Source: a bacterium (GTDB lineage: Bacteria; RBG-13-61-14; DATKZS01). From it: a DNA stretch of 64,000 nucleotides. The notes under the pieces were generated by a model. It was not told the DNA's origin and did no database searches. It saw nothing but the letters and a program-made list of their open reading frames with translations. This document shows positions 48,777 to 59,281 of this stretch, one piece after another. A program made the translations under genes and the position numbers. Within the stretch, counting starts at the first letter, position 1, and every line of letters begins with the position of its first letter. The stretch is from contig CAXXFL010000007.1 in the NCBI GenBank assembly GCA_963674965.2, forward strand, positions 320,001 to 384,000, written 5' to 3'.

Positions 48777-50870
48777 TTATACTTCCTCGTCCTCGACCAT
48801 CTTGGACTCGGCCACGATTTTTTCCTGGATGTTGGCCGGGACTTCCTCGTAGTGATCGAACTCCATGGTGAACATGCCGCGGCCCGAGGTGATCGAGTCC
48901 AGGTCCGGGGAGTACCTCAGCATCTCGGCCAGGGGCACGTTGGCCTTAATGATCTGGTTGGCCCCGACCGAGTCGGTGCCCAAAAGCCTTCCGCGCCTTC
49001 TGTTCAGGTCTCCTATCACGTCTCCGGCGCTATCGGAGGGGACGGTGACCTCGGAGAGCATGATGGGCTCGAGGAGGGTGGGGCTGGCCTGCTCGGCTCC
49101 GTTCTTGAAGCCCAGTGACCCCGCTATCTGGAAGGCCATGTCCGAGCTGTCCACGTCGTGGTACTTACCGTCGTAAAGCTTGACCTTGACGTATTTGACC
49201 GGGTAACCGGCCAGAACGCCCTTTTTCATGCGGTCGATAACGCCCTTCTCGACCGATGGGATGTAGGTGTTGGGGATGGCCCCGCCCTTGATGGCGTCCT
49301 CGAACTCGAACTCGACTCCGGCCGAGATATCCAGAGGCGACAGCTCGATCCAGCACCATCCGTACTGGCCCCTGCCGCCGGCCTGTTTCCTGTATTTGCC
49401 CTCGGCCTTCACGGTCTTCCGTATGGTCTCGAGGTAGGGCACCTTGGGAGCGGACAGGTTGACCTCGACCCCCGACTTGCGCTTCATCTTCTCGAGGGTG
49501 GTCTCGATATGGACCTGGCCCATGCCCTCGATGATGAACTCGCCCGTCTGCTCGTCGCGGCGCACGTTAAGGGTGACGTCCTCCTCGAGGAGTCTGTTGA
49601 GGGCGGTCATGAGCTTGTCCTCATCTCCCTTGCTCTTGGGGGTGAGGGCGAAGCTGATGACGGGCGAGGCCTTGGGCAGGGCGGAAAGCTGGAACCCGTC
49701 CGCCTCCGCCGAGAGGGTGTCGCCCGTGGTGGTTTCCTTGAGCTTGGCCACGGCCACGATATCGCCCACCCCCGCGGGGTTGATCGACTCCGTGTTCTCG
49801 CCCGTGATCATTAGAAGCTGCCCAATCCTCTCCTTGCTCTCCTTGGTCGAGTTGAACACGTTCGAGTCGCCGTGAAGCTTGCCGGACATGATCCTCATGA
49901 CCGAGAGCTTGCCCCGGAAGGGATCGGAGATGGTCTTGAAAACCAGGGCCGAAAAAGGCGCGTCCTCCGCGCTCGCCCGCTCGGTCTCTTTGCCGTCCTT
50001 GTCCACGCCCTTGGCCGGGGCCCTGTCCAGGGGCGAGGGGCCGGCGTTGGCGATGACGTCGAGCAGGGGCTTGATCCCCACGTTGCGGATGGAGGAGCCC
50101 GTGAGCACGGGCACGATGGACCCGGACTTGACTCCCTCCCTGAGGGCGTCGGTGATCTCCTGGGGGCTGATTTCCTGCTCCTCCAGGTACTTCTCGAGAA
50201 GCTCGTCGTTGGACTCCGCCACCGCCTCCACCAACTGGCGCCGGGCGTCCTCCGCCGCCTCGGCCATGTCCGCCGGGACGTCCTGCTCGTTATATTTACC
50301 CGAGCCGTCCATTTCGTAGACCAGGGCCTTCATTTTAAGGAGGTCCACCACGCCCTTGAAGGCGGACTCGAGACCGATGGGGATAGTTATGGGGCAGGGC
50401 TGGACCCCCAGCACGGTCTGGATGTTCGAGAGGGTCTCCTCGAAGTTGGCCCGCTCCCTGTCCACTTTCGAGACGAAAATGAACCTGGCCTGAAGGCAGT
50501 CCTCACTCTCTTTCCACAGCTTGTCCGTCAGCACCTTGACCCCGTCGATGGCGTCAACCACGAACATGCCTATGTCCACGGCCCTGGTGGCGTTCCTGGC
50601 CTCGGCCACGAAGTTGGGATCGCCGGGAGTGTCGATCACCTCGAAGAGGCACTTGGCGTGCTCGAAGTGACAAAAGCCGGTGCTTACCGAGCTGACGCGC
50701 TTTTTTTCCTCGGGCTCGAAGTCGAGCACCGAGGTCCCCTCGTCAACCTTTCCCAGCCTCGTCACGGCGCCGGAAGAAAAAAGCATCGCCTCGGCGAGGG
50801 ACGTTTTACCCGCTCCACCGTGAGCGAAAAGTCCCACCGTCCGCACGTTACCACGCTCGAATTCCTTCAT
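48777..50870 (-). CDS. Elongation factor G-like protein (EF-G2)
   Basis: AHGGAGKTS, DTPGD, GMGQVH, YHDVDSS, LLEPI; not in an rpsL/rpsG/tuf operon. Confidence 0.92.
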   Translation of the reverse strand: MKEFERGNVRTVGLFAHGGAGKTSLAEAMLFSSGAVTRLGKVDEGTSVLDFEPEEKKRVSSVSTGFCHFEHAKCLFEVIDTPGDPNFVAEARNATRAVDIGMFVVDAIDGVKVLTDKLWKESEDCLQARFIFVSKVDRERANFEETLSNIQTVLGVQPCPITIPIGLESAFKGVVDLLKMKALVYEMDGSGKYNEQDVPADMAEAAEDARRQLVEAVAESNDELLEKYLEEQEISPQEITDALREGVKSGSIVPVLTGSSIRNVGIKPLLDVIANAGPSPLDRAPAKGVDKDGKETERASAEDAPFSALVFKTISDPFRGKLSVMRIMSGKLHGDSNVFNSTKESKERIGQLLMITGENTESINPAGVGDIVAVAKLKETTTGDTLSAEADGFQLSALPKASPVISFALTPKSKGDEDKLMTALNRLLEEDVTLNVRRDEQTGEFIIEGMGQVHIETTLEKMKRKSGVEVNLSAPKVPYLETIRKTVKAEGKYRKQAGGRGQYGWCWIELSPLDISAGVEFEFEDAIKGGAIPNTYIPSVEKGVIDRMKKGVLAGYPVKYVKVKLYDGKYHDVDSSDMAFQIAGSLGFKNGAEQASPTLLEPIMLSEVTVPSDSAGDVIGDLNRRRGRLLGTDSVGANQIIKANVPLAEMLRYSPDLDSITSGRGMFTMEFDHYEEVPANIQEKIVAESKMVEDEEV

Positions 50871-51021
50871 ATCTTGAAGCTCCTTTTTGGAAATTGCCGA
50901 TTCGCTGAAATTTTTATATTAAATCTCCCCTCCCCCGGTGTCAACCGGGAAGAAGAAAAATGAAGGCGAGGTCCCTTTCAGCCGGGCCTTGCTTAATGCG
51001 TTCTCACTCGATCGAGGAAAA

Positions 51022-52337
51022 TCAGACGCTGACGTTGATCGCCACCAGCCGCCAAGTGGACCGCTCGTAGATGTATTTCAACGTGAATTCCACCGTGTAA
51101 ATCGAGGCTCGACAGTTCCCTTGCAGCGTCAGCCACCCGTTTTCGTCCAAGCCCGCGGGCTCGGTAAAAACCGGCGTCGCCGACTCCACTCCCCCAGATC
51201 AATCTTCTTGTCGATAAACTCCTGGAAGATATCCTCGAGCGTCCAGGGACTTATCTGGGCTTTCCAGGTGTTGGAAATTCCCTGGTAAAAGGACTCGAAG
51301 CTTCCGCTGGTAATGGCTCGGTTAAAGGCCGTAAGGTCCCGGGCGACCATTTTTTCCATCTCGGCGCGGCTAGGCATTGGCCCGCCCATTTCCGCCGACT
51401 TGTCCGCCGGATTCACGTTTATGGCCACCAGCTTCCACTTCTCATCCTCATAAGCGTATTTAAACTGGGCCATCACCTTGTAAATAGGCGTAACGAAATG
51501 GCATCTTACGCGCAGCCATCCGTCCTCGTCCATGTAAGGCTCCTCGTCGAGGACCGGCTCGGCCGTACCCATGCCCGTGAAATCCACGCCGTGATCGATA
51601 AAGCTTTGGAATATCGCTTTAAGCTGGGCGGGAGAGGTCTCCCTTTGCCAAAGGTTGGCCGTGTTTTGAAAAAACTCCGTGAAGTCCCTTGCGGCCATGG
51701 CCTTCTCGAACAAAAGAGCGCTCTGCCTGGCCATCCGCTTTATCTCCATTTCATCGGGCAGATAACCTTCCCCGGACTCACCCACCGGCACGGCGTGAAT
51801 ACCGAAATAGGTGAGCTTCCATCTTCCCTCTTCCGCCGCGTATTGAAGGTCGAACTTGACCTTGTAGTCTGGAGTAGGGAAATAGCCCTCCAATGAAAGC
51901 CTGTCCCCGTCCGCGAGATAGGGGTCGCGCGTGAAACTGGCCGCCGCGCCGGAAACGCCTGTAAGGTCCATTTTTTTCTCCATAAACTCCTTAAACGCGT
52001 TCTCCAGATCGGCGGCGGAGGTCCGGGCTTTCCAGGCGTCGGAAATCCCCGCGTAAAACATGGAGAAATTCCCGGCGTTGACGGCGCTCGCGAAGCTCAT
52101 GACGCTCATCCGGGCCAGGACCTCGGCTTCCTCGGTCGTCGGGACCCGGCCCGGGTCGGCGGGAATTGAAACGGAATCGCTAATATCCACCGGCGTGGCG
52201 GCCGCGGTAGTGGTCACTTCCGCTTCCCTCATGTAATAAAAATACCCTATGCCCGCGGCCCCTCCCACAAGGCCGATCAGAGCGACGACCGCTATCCCAA
52301 TTATCGCCGCGATAATGCATCCCGATTTATTATCCAA
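51022..52337 (-). pseudogene. Membrane-anchored protein with three tandem ~120-aa domains, frameshifted in a G5 run at 51191-51195
   Basis: Adding one G restores a third repeat ending KYIYERSTWRLVAINVSV*, matching repeat 2 (KYAYEDEKWKLVAINV). Confidence 0.75.
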
Positions 52338-52469
52338 GTTCCCGTCCTCCCTGATAATCTTATATCTAATGGGAAGTATAGCACGGTCGGGGCTTCATTC
52401 ATTATTTTCGGCTCGCGTGATATCATGTCCACGTCCGATGGAAAAAACTTTATCGCGGGAGATGATCGC

Positions 52470-52982
52470 ATGCCTTCATTCGACGACTGGAGCAGGGAAG
52501 ACCTTATAAAGCTTATCGAGATTCACGCCAAGAACTGGCTCGCCCACGACGGCTGCTGGTTCCTGGCGGCTGAGAAGACCCACGGTCTGGAGGCGGCCAT
52601 CCGGCTGGACGAGCTTTCGTGGGAGAAGTTCACGGTGGTTGAGGCCCGCCGGATCATGGAGACCTTCTCGATCCAGGAGGGAGGAGGTCTCGATTCTCTG
52701 GCCAGGGCCCTGGAGTACCGGCTTTACGCCACTATCAACGTCCAGGAGATCGAGCGTCCATCCCCGGACAAGCTGATCTTCACCATGGTGGACTGCCGGG
52801 TGCAAACGGCCAGGAGGAGGAAGAAGCTTGCCGACTTCCCCTGCAAGTCGGTGGGAATTATCGAATACTCCGGTTTCGCTCGGACGATCGACCCCAGGAT
52901 CGAGACGCGCTGCCTGCACTGCCCGCCCGACGAGGGGGACAAGTCCATAGGATGCCGCTGGGAATTTACCCTTTCCGGCTGA
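52470..52982 (+). CDS. DUF6125-like protein
   Basis: NWLAHDGCWF, CRVQ.AR, PCK, C.HCPPD...C.WEF; SD GGGAG before ATG 52470. Confidence 0.75.
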   Translation: MPSFDDWSREDLIKLIEIHAKNWLAHDGCWFLAAEKTHGLEAAIRLDELSWEKFTVVEARRIMETFSIQEGGGLDSLARALEYRLYATINVQEIERPSPDKLIFTMVDCRVQTARRRKKLADFPCKSVGIIEYSGFARTIDPRIETRCLHCPPDEGDKSIGCRWEFTLSG

Positions 52983-52991
52983 GGCCCGGGA

Positions 52992-53624
52992 TTAAATCCA
53001 TTTCAGCCCGAAGGCGAAAAGGAGAAACAAAAAGGCGTCCACGCCGAGGATGGCCGACACGGCGATGATTTTATTCTTCATCTTCTCCATGTCGTGAACG
53101 AAGAAGGCGGCGGCCATGAAGGGCATGTAGCCCACCACCACTATGGGCAAGACAAAGGGGAAATTCCACCACCAGTAGTCCCAGACCAGGGCGTCGGCCC
53201 GGTTGAGTATGACCTCGATGGCGACGCACATAATGGAGTTGACCACTATCAGGAAGGGCCGGTTTGGAATCCCGAGTATTTTGGTCTTTTTATCCTTGGG
53301 CAGGGTCTTGAGGAAAGAGGGGCCCAGAACGGCGAACATGAGGCATATCTCGATATTGAGACCGCACAAAATAAGATAAGCCGTTTTGCCGGGCGCGAGC
53401 CAGCAGGCGGAGTATCGGGTGAAATGGAGCACGAGGCCGTTCCATATCTCGTTGAACCAATCCATGCCCCAGAAGGCCAGTCCGCCCAGGACGACGCTCC
53501 AGTTCCTTTTTCCGATCTCGGCTGAGTATATATAAAAGACGATCACGAAAATGGGTATGACGTACCATTGGAAAAGGGACGGGTCCCTGAGGATAGCGAG
53601 GGACTGTTTGGCCGACTCGGTCAT
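52992..53624 (-). CDS. Membrane hypothetical protein
   Basis: About 6 TM segments; DWFNEIWN, GLNIEI; SD AGGAGGAG. Confidence 0.75.
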   Translation of the reverse strand: MTESAKQSLAILRDPSLFQWYVIPIFVIVFYIYSAEIGKRNWSVVLGGLAFWGMDWFNEIWNGLVLHFTRYSACWLAPGKTAYLILCGLNIEICLMFAVLGPSFLKTLPKDKKTKILGIPNRPFLIVVNSIMCVAIEVILNRADALVWDYWWWNFPFVLPIVVVGYMPFMAAAFFVHDMEKMKNKIIAVSAILGVDAFLFLLFAFGLKWI

Positions 53625-53659
53625 GACGTAACTCCTCCTTGCTTCATCGGGCGGCGTCT

Positions 53660-55069
53660 TTAGAAATCGTCTTCCCCGTAGTCCTCGGTCTCCTCTTCCT
53701 GGGCAATGCCCAGTTTTTCCATCCTATAGCGCAGCGACCGAAAGGAAAGGCCCAAGAGCTTGGCCGCCTTGTTTTTGACGTTCCTGGATCTGCGCAGGGC
53801 CTCCTCGATGTATTCTCTTTCCATGCCGGCCAGCAAGAGGTCGAGGTCGACGCCTTCCTCGGGGAATTCCAGGCCCGCGAAGTCGCCGCAAAAGCCGCCG
53901 CCGGTCTTGATTCTCTCCGGCAGGTTCTCCGCCGCTATGGTCTCGGCGGTGGTCAGGCTCACGGCCCTCTCGATGGCGTTCTCCAGTTCCCTCACGTTTC
54001 CGGGCCATTTGTATTCCACCAGCAGCCGCTCGGCCTCGGGGGAAATATCGATAACTTTTTTTCCTATCTCGGCGGCAAACCTCTTGATGAAATGTCGGAC
54101 CAGCATGGGGATATCCTCTTGCCTGTCCCGGAGAGGAGGCATACGGAGCATGATCACGTTCAACCTGTAATAAAGGTCCTCCCGGAACTCGCCCGTCCGG
54201 ATGGCCTTTTCCATGTCCCGGTTGCTGGCGGCGATGACCCGCGCGTCCACGTTCACGTCCTCGACGCCGCCAATGGGCTTGAAGGCCTTTTCCTGAATGG
54301 CTCGGAGCAATTTGACCTGTATGGACAGGGGCGTGTCTCCAATCTCGTCCAGAAAGATAGTCCCTTTGTGGGCGACCTCGAAGAGCCCGCGCTTGTCGTT
54401 GTAGGCCCCCGTGAACGATCCCTTTTTATGCCCGAAAAGCTCGCTCTCGAGCAGCTCGGAAGGTATGGCGCCGCAGTTGACGGTAACGAAAGGCTTGTCT
54501 CTTCTGGGGCTGTTATAGTGGACGGCCTTGGCCACGAGTTCCTTTCCCGTGCCCGATTCTCCCAAGAGAAGCACGTTCGACCTGGTGGGGGCGATTTTCC
54601 TGATGAGATCGAACATCTCCTTCATGGGTGGACTGGCGCCCACGATATTGTCGAACATATACTTATGCTCGACTTCCTTTTGGAGCCTTATATTGTCCCT
54701 TACAAGGTATACCTTCTCGAGGGCCTTGCTGACGATGAGCTTTATCTCGTCCACCTGGAAGGGCTTGGTGATGTAATCGTAGGCGCCCATTTTCATGGCC
54801 TCGACCGCGCTTTCGGTCGAGGCGAAGGCGGTTATCATTATCACCGGCGTCAAGGGGTTAACTTTTTTCGAGCTTTTAAGTACCTCCATGCCGTTTCCCT
54901 TCGGCATCATGACGTCACAGACAATGAGGTCGTACTCGGAGTTTTTTATCCTCTCGATGGCCTCCTCTCCGTTCTTGACGGTCTCGACCGCGTAGCCTTC
55001 CTTTTGCAGGAGTATTTCCAGAAACTCCCGCATGCTCAGTTCGTCATCGGCGACTAAAATCCTTTCCAA
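53660..55069 (-). CDS. pilR: Sigma54-dependent response regulator PilR
   Basis: REC, GESGTGKE, GSFTGA, HTH SFRSLRYR; position in the pil cluster. Confidence 0.88.
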   Translation of the reverse strand: MERILVADDELSMREFLEILLQKEGYAVETVKNGEEAIERIKNSEYDLIVCDVMMPKGNGMEVLKSSKKVNPLTPVIMITAFASTESAVEAMKMGAYDYITKPFQVDEIKLIVSKALEKVYLVRDNIRLQKEVEHKYMFDNIVGASPPMKEMFDLIRKIAPTRSNVLLLGESGTGKELVAKAVHYNSPRRDKPFVTVNCGAIPSELLESELFGHKKGSFTGAYNDKRGLFEVAHKGTIFLDEIGDTPLSIQVKLLRAIQEKAFKPIGGVEDVNVDARVIAASNRDMEKAIRTGEFREDLYYRLNVIMLRMPPLRDRQEDIPMLVRHFIKRFAAEIGKKVIDISPEAERLLVEYKWPGNVRELENAIERAVSLTTAETIAAENLPERIKTGGGFCGDFAGLEFPEEGVDLDLLLAGMEREYIEEALRRSRNVKNKAAKLLGLSFRSLRYRMEKLGIAQEEETEDYGEDDF

Positions 55070-55113
55070 TCCCGCTCCTCCTTGGCCTATCCTATCTGGT
55101 TAGCGCTCGTGTT

Positions 55114-56865
55114 TCAATCCTGGACTCCCCGGTCCGCGGCGAGATTTTTCGGTATTTCGACAATGAACCTCGCCCCCCCCCGGCTTCCTTCCTCTACCGT
55201 TATCTGTCCCTCCAGGGCCTCGACCACGCGATAGACCACGCTAAGTCCCAGTCCGGTCCCGCCGTCCCTCGTGGTGAAGAAAGGATCGAAGATTTTATCC
55301 TTGTTTTCGGGCGGGATACCCGGTCCATTGTCCTCGATCTCGAGCCGGACCATCTCTTTTTTCTCCTGATTTGTATTTATCCCCTCCAGTTCATCTTCCT
55401 TCATGAAGGAGGAGGCCCGCAAAAAAAGGTCGCCGCCCTCGGGCATGACCTGCACGGCGTTGTTCACGATATTCCACACGATCTGTTCCAGGAGCTTGGG
55501 GTCGGTCCGGACCACCAGGCCGGCCTCGACCTCCATGCCGCACTCGATATATTGAGGCACGTCCTTCCTGTTCTTGTAAACGTCCATGATCTCGAGCAGC
55601 AGGCCGCCCAGGTCCACGTTCTCGATGGTTTTGGGCGAAGGCCGCGCGAAAAGCAAAAAGTCCGTTATCAAACCGTCAAGCCTGTAAGTTTCCCGCAGCA
55701 CGATTCCCATCAGCCTGGCGCTGGTATCGTCCAGGCTGAGGTCGTGGGACAGCATCTGTATGGAGCCGCTCATCGAGGCCAGCGGGTTCCTGATCTCGTG
55801 AGCGATGCCGGCCGCCAGTTGTCCGACGGCCGCTAGTTTGTCCGTCCTTCTAAGTCTTTCCTCCATCTCGCGCAGGTCCGTGATGTCGTTGAGAATCACC
55901 AGGGTACCCAGCCTTTCTTTATCGGCGCCTCGCAACATGGAAAGACGAAACTCGAGGTATTTCTTTTTCCCGCCGGGGTCTATCCAGACGGCGTCGTTTC
56001 TGCTTGGAAGCCAATCGGAGTCGGAAGGAGAGTGCTTCATGAACTCATCGGCGTCCACAAAAAGCTCGGCGATTTTCTTGCCTCGGGCCTTTTGCCCTCC
56101 GATCCCGGTGATGGCCTCGGCGGCGGCGTTGAAAGAAGTCACTCGATCGTCAAGATCAAGAGTAATTATTCCGGACGAGAGCGAGCGCACGATGTTGTCG
56201 TTGAACGCCTCGAGCACGTCGCGGTCCCGGAGGGTCTCCTTGAGTTCTACTCCCGTGACCCGGAGCTTCTCCGTCAGATAACTGGTAAGGACGGCCATGC
56301 CGAACATGGCCGCGAGGTTGATAAAAAAGTTATATAAGGTGGTCCTGCCGCCCGGTTCGTACTCCCTCAAAAGATCGGGGAACCAACCCAGTTCCAGTCC
56401 AGCCAACAGCAACCCGTAGGCCAGGCTTCCAAGGGTCGCGGCCAGAAAAGCCCCCTTCCTGTATTGGAGTATCCCGCCCACGATAATCATGATCAGGTAA
56501 AGAAAAGAAAAGATGGACTCGAATTTCCCCGTGGTTATGTAAATAAGGGCGGTAACGAAAATGGTTTCCCAGGCTATATGGAAATAGGAGATGAAGTTAA
56601 GGCGCCGCGTCCATCTGAGGAGCAGCGCCGAGCCAAGGGTGATAAAATAGGTCGTTCCAGTAAGGAAATAAAGGGCCAACAGGGGAAGGGTGTAAAAGGT
56701 CTGGGACCTGGTAACGTGAATCACGATGGTCGCGGCGAGCAGGAAAGTGACCAGAATGACCCGCAACAATAGAGAAAGCTGCAGCCGCCGGTATAGTTCC
56801 TCCCCGGCGGCCGCTTTTTCGCGGGCCATCGGCTCGACGGCCCAGTCGATCTTTCTCTTCGTCAC
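55114..56865 (-). CDS. pilS: Sensor histidine kinase PilS
   Basis: TM helices, PAS-like region, AHEIRNPL, GTGLGL; between pilC and pilR. Confidence 0.85.
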   Translation of the reverse strand: MTKRKIDWAVEPMAREKAAAGEELYRRLQLSLLLRVILVTFLLAATIVIHVTRSQTFYTLPLLALYFLTGTTYFITLGSALLLRWTRRLNFISYFHIAWETIFVTALIYITTGKFESIFSFLYLIMIIVGGILQYRKGAFLAATLGSLAYGLLLAGLELGWFPDLLREYEPGGRTTLYNFFINLAAMFGMAVLTSYLTEKLRVTGVELKETLRDRDVLEAFNDNIVRSLSSGIITLDLDDRVTSFNAAAEAITGIGGQKARGKKIAELFVDADEFMKHSPSDSDWLPSRNDAVWIDPGGKKKYLEFRLSMLRGADKERLGTLVILNDITDLREMEERLRRTDKLAAVGQLAAGIAHEIRNPLASMSGSIQMLSHDLSLDDTSARLMGIVLRETYRLDGLITDFLLFARPSPKTIENVDLGGLLLEIMDVYKNRKDVPQYIECGMEVEAGLVVRTDPKLLEQIVWNIVNNAVQVMPEGGDLFLRASSFMKEDELEGINTNQEKKEMVRLEIEDNGPGIPPENKDKIFDPFFTTRDGGTGLGLSVVYRVVEALEGQITVEEGSRGGARFIVEIPKNLAADRGVQD

Positions 56866-58097
56866 GAGGAAGCGAACTTGCCCGCCATCGAGAATATCGG
56901 CAAGTACATGGCGATGGCCACGCCGCCGACGCTTACGCCCAGGAAGACCATGAGCAGAGGCTCGATCATCGAGGTCAGCGCCTCGACGGCGTCGTCCACC
57001 TCCTCCTCGTAGAAGTCGGCGATCTTGCCCAGCATGGTGTCCAGGGCCCCCGTTTGTTCTCCAACGCCTATCATCTGCGTAACCATGTGGGGAAAGACCT
57101 TGCTTTCCTTCATGGGATCGGACAGGGTCTTGCCCTCGGCGATGGCGCTTCTCACCTTCTGGAGTTCCTCCTCGACGACCATGTTGCCGGCGACCTTGGC
57201 CACGATCTCCAGGCCGTCCATAATGGGAACGCCCGAGCTTATCAAGGTGCCCAGGGTGCGCGAGAAGCCGGCCACCGTCGTTTTCCTGATCAGGTCTCCG
57301 ACAATAGGAATTTTAAGGAAAACGCTGTGGAAGAAATACTTCCCCTTGGGCTGGGAATTGATAAGGTAATAAGACACGATCAAAACGGCGACCGTGCCGA
57401 TGATGATGGCCCATCCGAATTTAATCACCAGCCAGTTGCTAAGGTCCACCACCAACTGGGTAAGGGTGGGCAGGGTGGCGCCCATGTCCTCGAACATCTT
57501 GGCGAAAGTCGGGATAACGAAGATAAGCAAAATGGCCACGACGGCTATGGCGACGGTCATAACGATCGACGGGTAAATCATGGCGCTTTTAATCTGCTTT
57601 TTGAGCCTGGCCGTTTTTTCCATCGATAAGGCCAGACGGTTCAGAATCGTGTCCAGGATACCGCCGATCTCGCCCGCCTTGACCATCTGCACGTAGAGGT
57701 CGTTGAAGACCTTGGGATACTTGGCCAGCGAATCGGCGAAGGTCTGGCCCGACTCGACGCTTTCCTTGACGCCGAAAAGCACCTTCTTGAAAGTCTTGTT
57801 CTCCTGTTCGGTGCCCAGAAGGTCCAGGCACTGGACCAGCGGCAGGCCGGCGTCGATCATGGTCGCGAACTGTCTGGTGAAAATTATAAGGTCCTTGTCG
57901 CCCACGCCCGGCTCCATGCCTGGAATGTTGAGTTCCATGTCCATGCTGAAGCCGGCCTTTTCCTTAACCGAACCCTCAAGGGGCGAGATGTCCTCGGACC
58001 GAAGCCTGGCGTAGACGGCGTCAACGCTGTTGGCCTCCATGACGCCGGTTTCAACCTTGCCGGCCCTCGTCCTTCCCTTCCACTCGAACTTTGGCAT
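56862..58097 (-). CDS. pilC: Type IV pilus platform protein PilC
   Basis: FTRQFATMIDAGLP, AMIYP, GEQTGALD. Confidence 0.95.
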   Translation of the reverse strand: MPKFEWKGRTRAGKVETGVMEANSVDAVYARLRSEDISPLEGSVKEKAGFSMDMELNIPGMEPGVGDKDLIIFTRQFATMIDAGLPLVQCLDLLGTEQENKTFKKVLFGVKESVESGQTFADSLAKYPKVFNDLYVQMVKAGEIGGILDTILNRLALSMEKTARLKKQIKSAMIYPSIVMTVAIAVVAILLIFVIPTFAKMFEDMGATLPTLTQLVVDLSNWLVIKFGWAIIIGTVAVLIVSYYLINSQPKGKYFFHSVFLKIPIVGDLIRKTTVAGFSRTLGTLISSGVPIMDGLEIVAKVAGNMVVEEELQKVRSAIAEGKTLSDPMKESKVFPHMVTQMIGVGEQTGALDTMLGKIADFYEEEVDDAVEALTSMIEPLLMVFLGVSVGGVAIAMYLPIFSMAGKFASS

Positions 58098-58159
58098 TGT
58101 AAACCCCCTTAATTATCAACTCGCGGCGCGGCCCGGCGGCGGGCGGCGCGTCTGCCCGC

Positions 58160-59254
58160 TTACTTGGCGCCGGGAGCCTTGCCCGGCGTTCCTCCCCTCT
58201 CGATGATCTGCTTTAGCTCTTCCACGTCGGAACTCCTACCCAGCGCGTCCTCCAAGGTTATCAGCCGCTTGAAATAAAGGTTCGCCAACGACTGGTTGAA
58301 CGTGAGCATGCCGAACTTTTCCTGTCCAACCTGCATCGAGGAATATATCTGATGGATCCTGTCCTCACGGATCAGGTTCCTGATCGCCGGGTTGGGTACC
58401 ATGACCTCCAGGGCCAGCGCCCGGCCGTGGCCGCTGGCCTTGGGAATAAGGTTCTGACAAAGCACGCCCTCCAGAACGAAGGAAAGCTGGGCCCTGACCT
58501 GCGACTGCTGGTAGGACGGGAAAACGTCGATGATGCGGTTCATGGTCTGCACCGCCGAGTTGGTGTGAAGGGTGGCGAAGACCAAGTGGCCCGTTTCCGA
58601 GCAGACGAGGGCCGCCTCGATCGTCTCCAGGTCCCGCATCTCGCCGATGAGCACCACGTCCGGGTCCTGCCGCAGAATGTACTTGAGCGCCGTTTTGAAG
58701 CTCTTGGTGTCGGCGTTTACCTCCCTCTGGTTGACGATGCAGTTCTTGTGGGGATGGAGGTACTCGATGGGGTCCTCGATGGTTATTATGTGCTCGTGCC
58801 GGTCGGTGTTGATTTTGTCCAGAATGGCCGCCAGGGTCGTGGACTTGCCCGAGCCCGTGGGTCCAGTTATCAGCACCAGTCCCCGGGGTTTTTTCGCCAG
58901 CGCCTCGACGACCGGGGGAAGACCGAGCTCATGGAAACCCATTATCTTGAAGGGAATGGTACGGAAGGCCCCCGCCACGGCGCCCCTTTGCATGAAGATG
59001 TTGGACCTGAATCGGGATAAGCCCTTGACGCCGAAACTGAGGTCGAGCTCGCTGTTTTCCTCGAACCTGTGCTTCTGGCTGTCCGTTAAAATGGAATAGC
59101 AAAGCTGTTTGGTCTCCGGCGCGGTTAGCGGCGGCGACTTGAGAGGATTGAGACGCCCGTCGATCCTGAGCTGGGGCGCGGCGCCGGTGGTTATGTGGAG
59201 GTCCGAGGCCCCCTTCTCGATCATGGCCTTGAGCAACTGGTGAAGATTGGGCAT
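58160..59254 (-). CDS. pilT: Type IV pilus retraction ATPase PilT
   Basis: GPTGSGKST, TIEDPIE, TLHT, AIRNLIRE. Confidence 0.96.
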   Translation of the reverse strand: MPNLHQLLKAMIEKGASDLHITTGAAPQLRIDGRLNPLKSPPLTAPETKQLCYSILTDSQKHRFEENSELDLSFGVKGLSRFRSNIFMQRGAVAGAFRTIPFKIMGFHELGLPPVVEALAKKPRGLVLITGPTGSGKSTTLAAILDKINTDRHEHIITIEDPIEYLHPHKNCIVNQREVNADTKSFKTALKYILRQDPDVVLIGEMRDLETIEAALVCSETGHLVFATLHTNSAVQTMNRIIDVFPSYQQSQVRAQLSFVLEGVLCQNLIPKASGHGRALALEVMVPNPAIRNLIREDRIHQIYSSMQVGQEKFGMLTFNQSLANLYFKRLITLEDALGRSSDVEELKQIIERGGTPGKAPGAK

Positions 59255-59281
59255 GGCAGATACCTGGTTCCTTCCTTATTT

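Noticed and set aside
50993-51202. 69-aa ORF as the continuation of the repeat protein
   Set aside because: Wrong frame; the homologous continuation is the frame ending at 51022.
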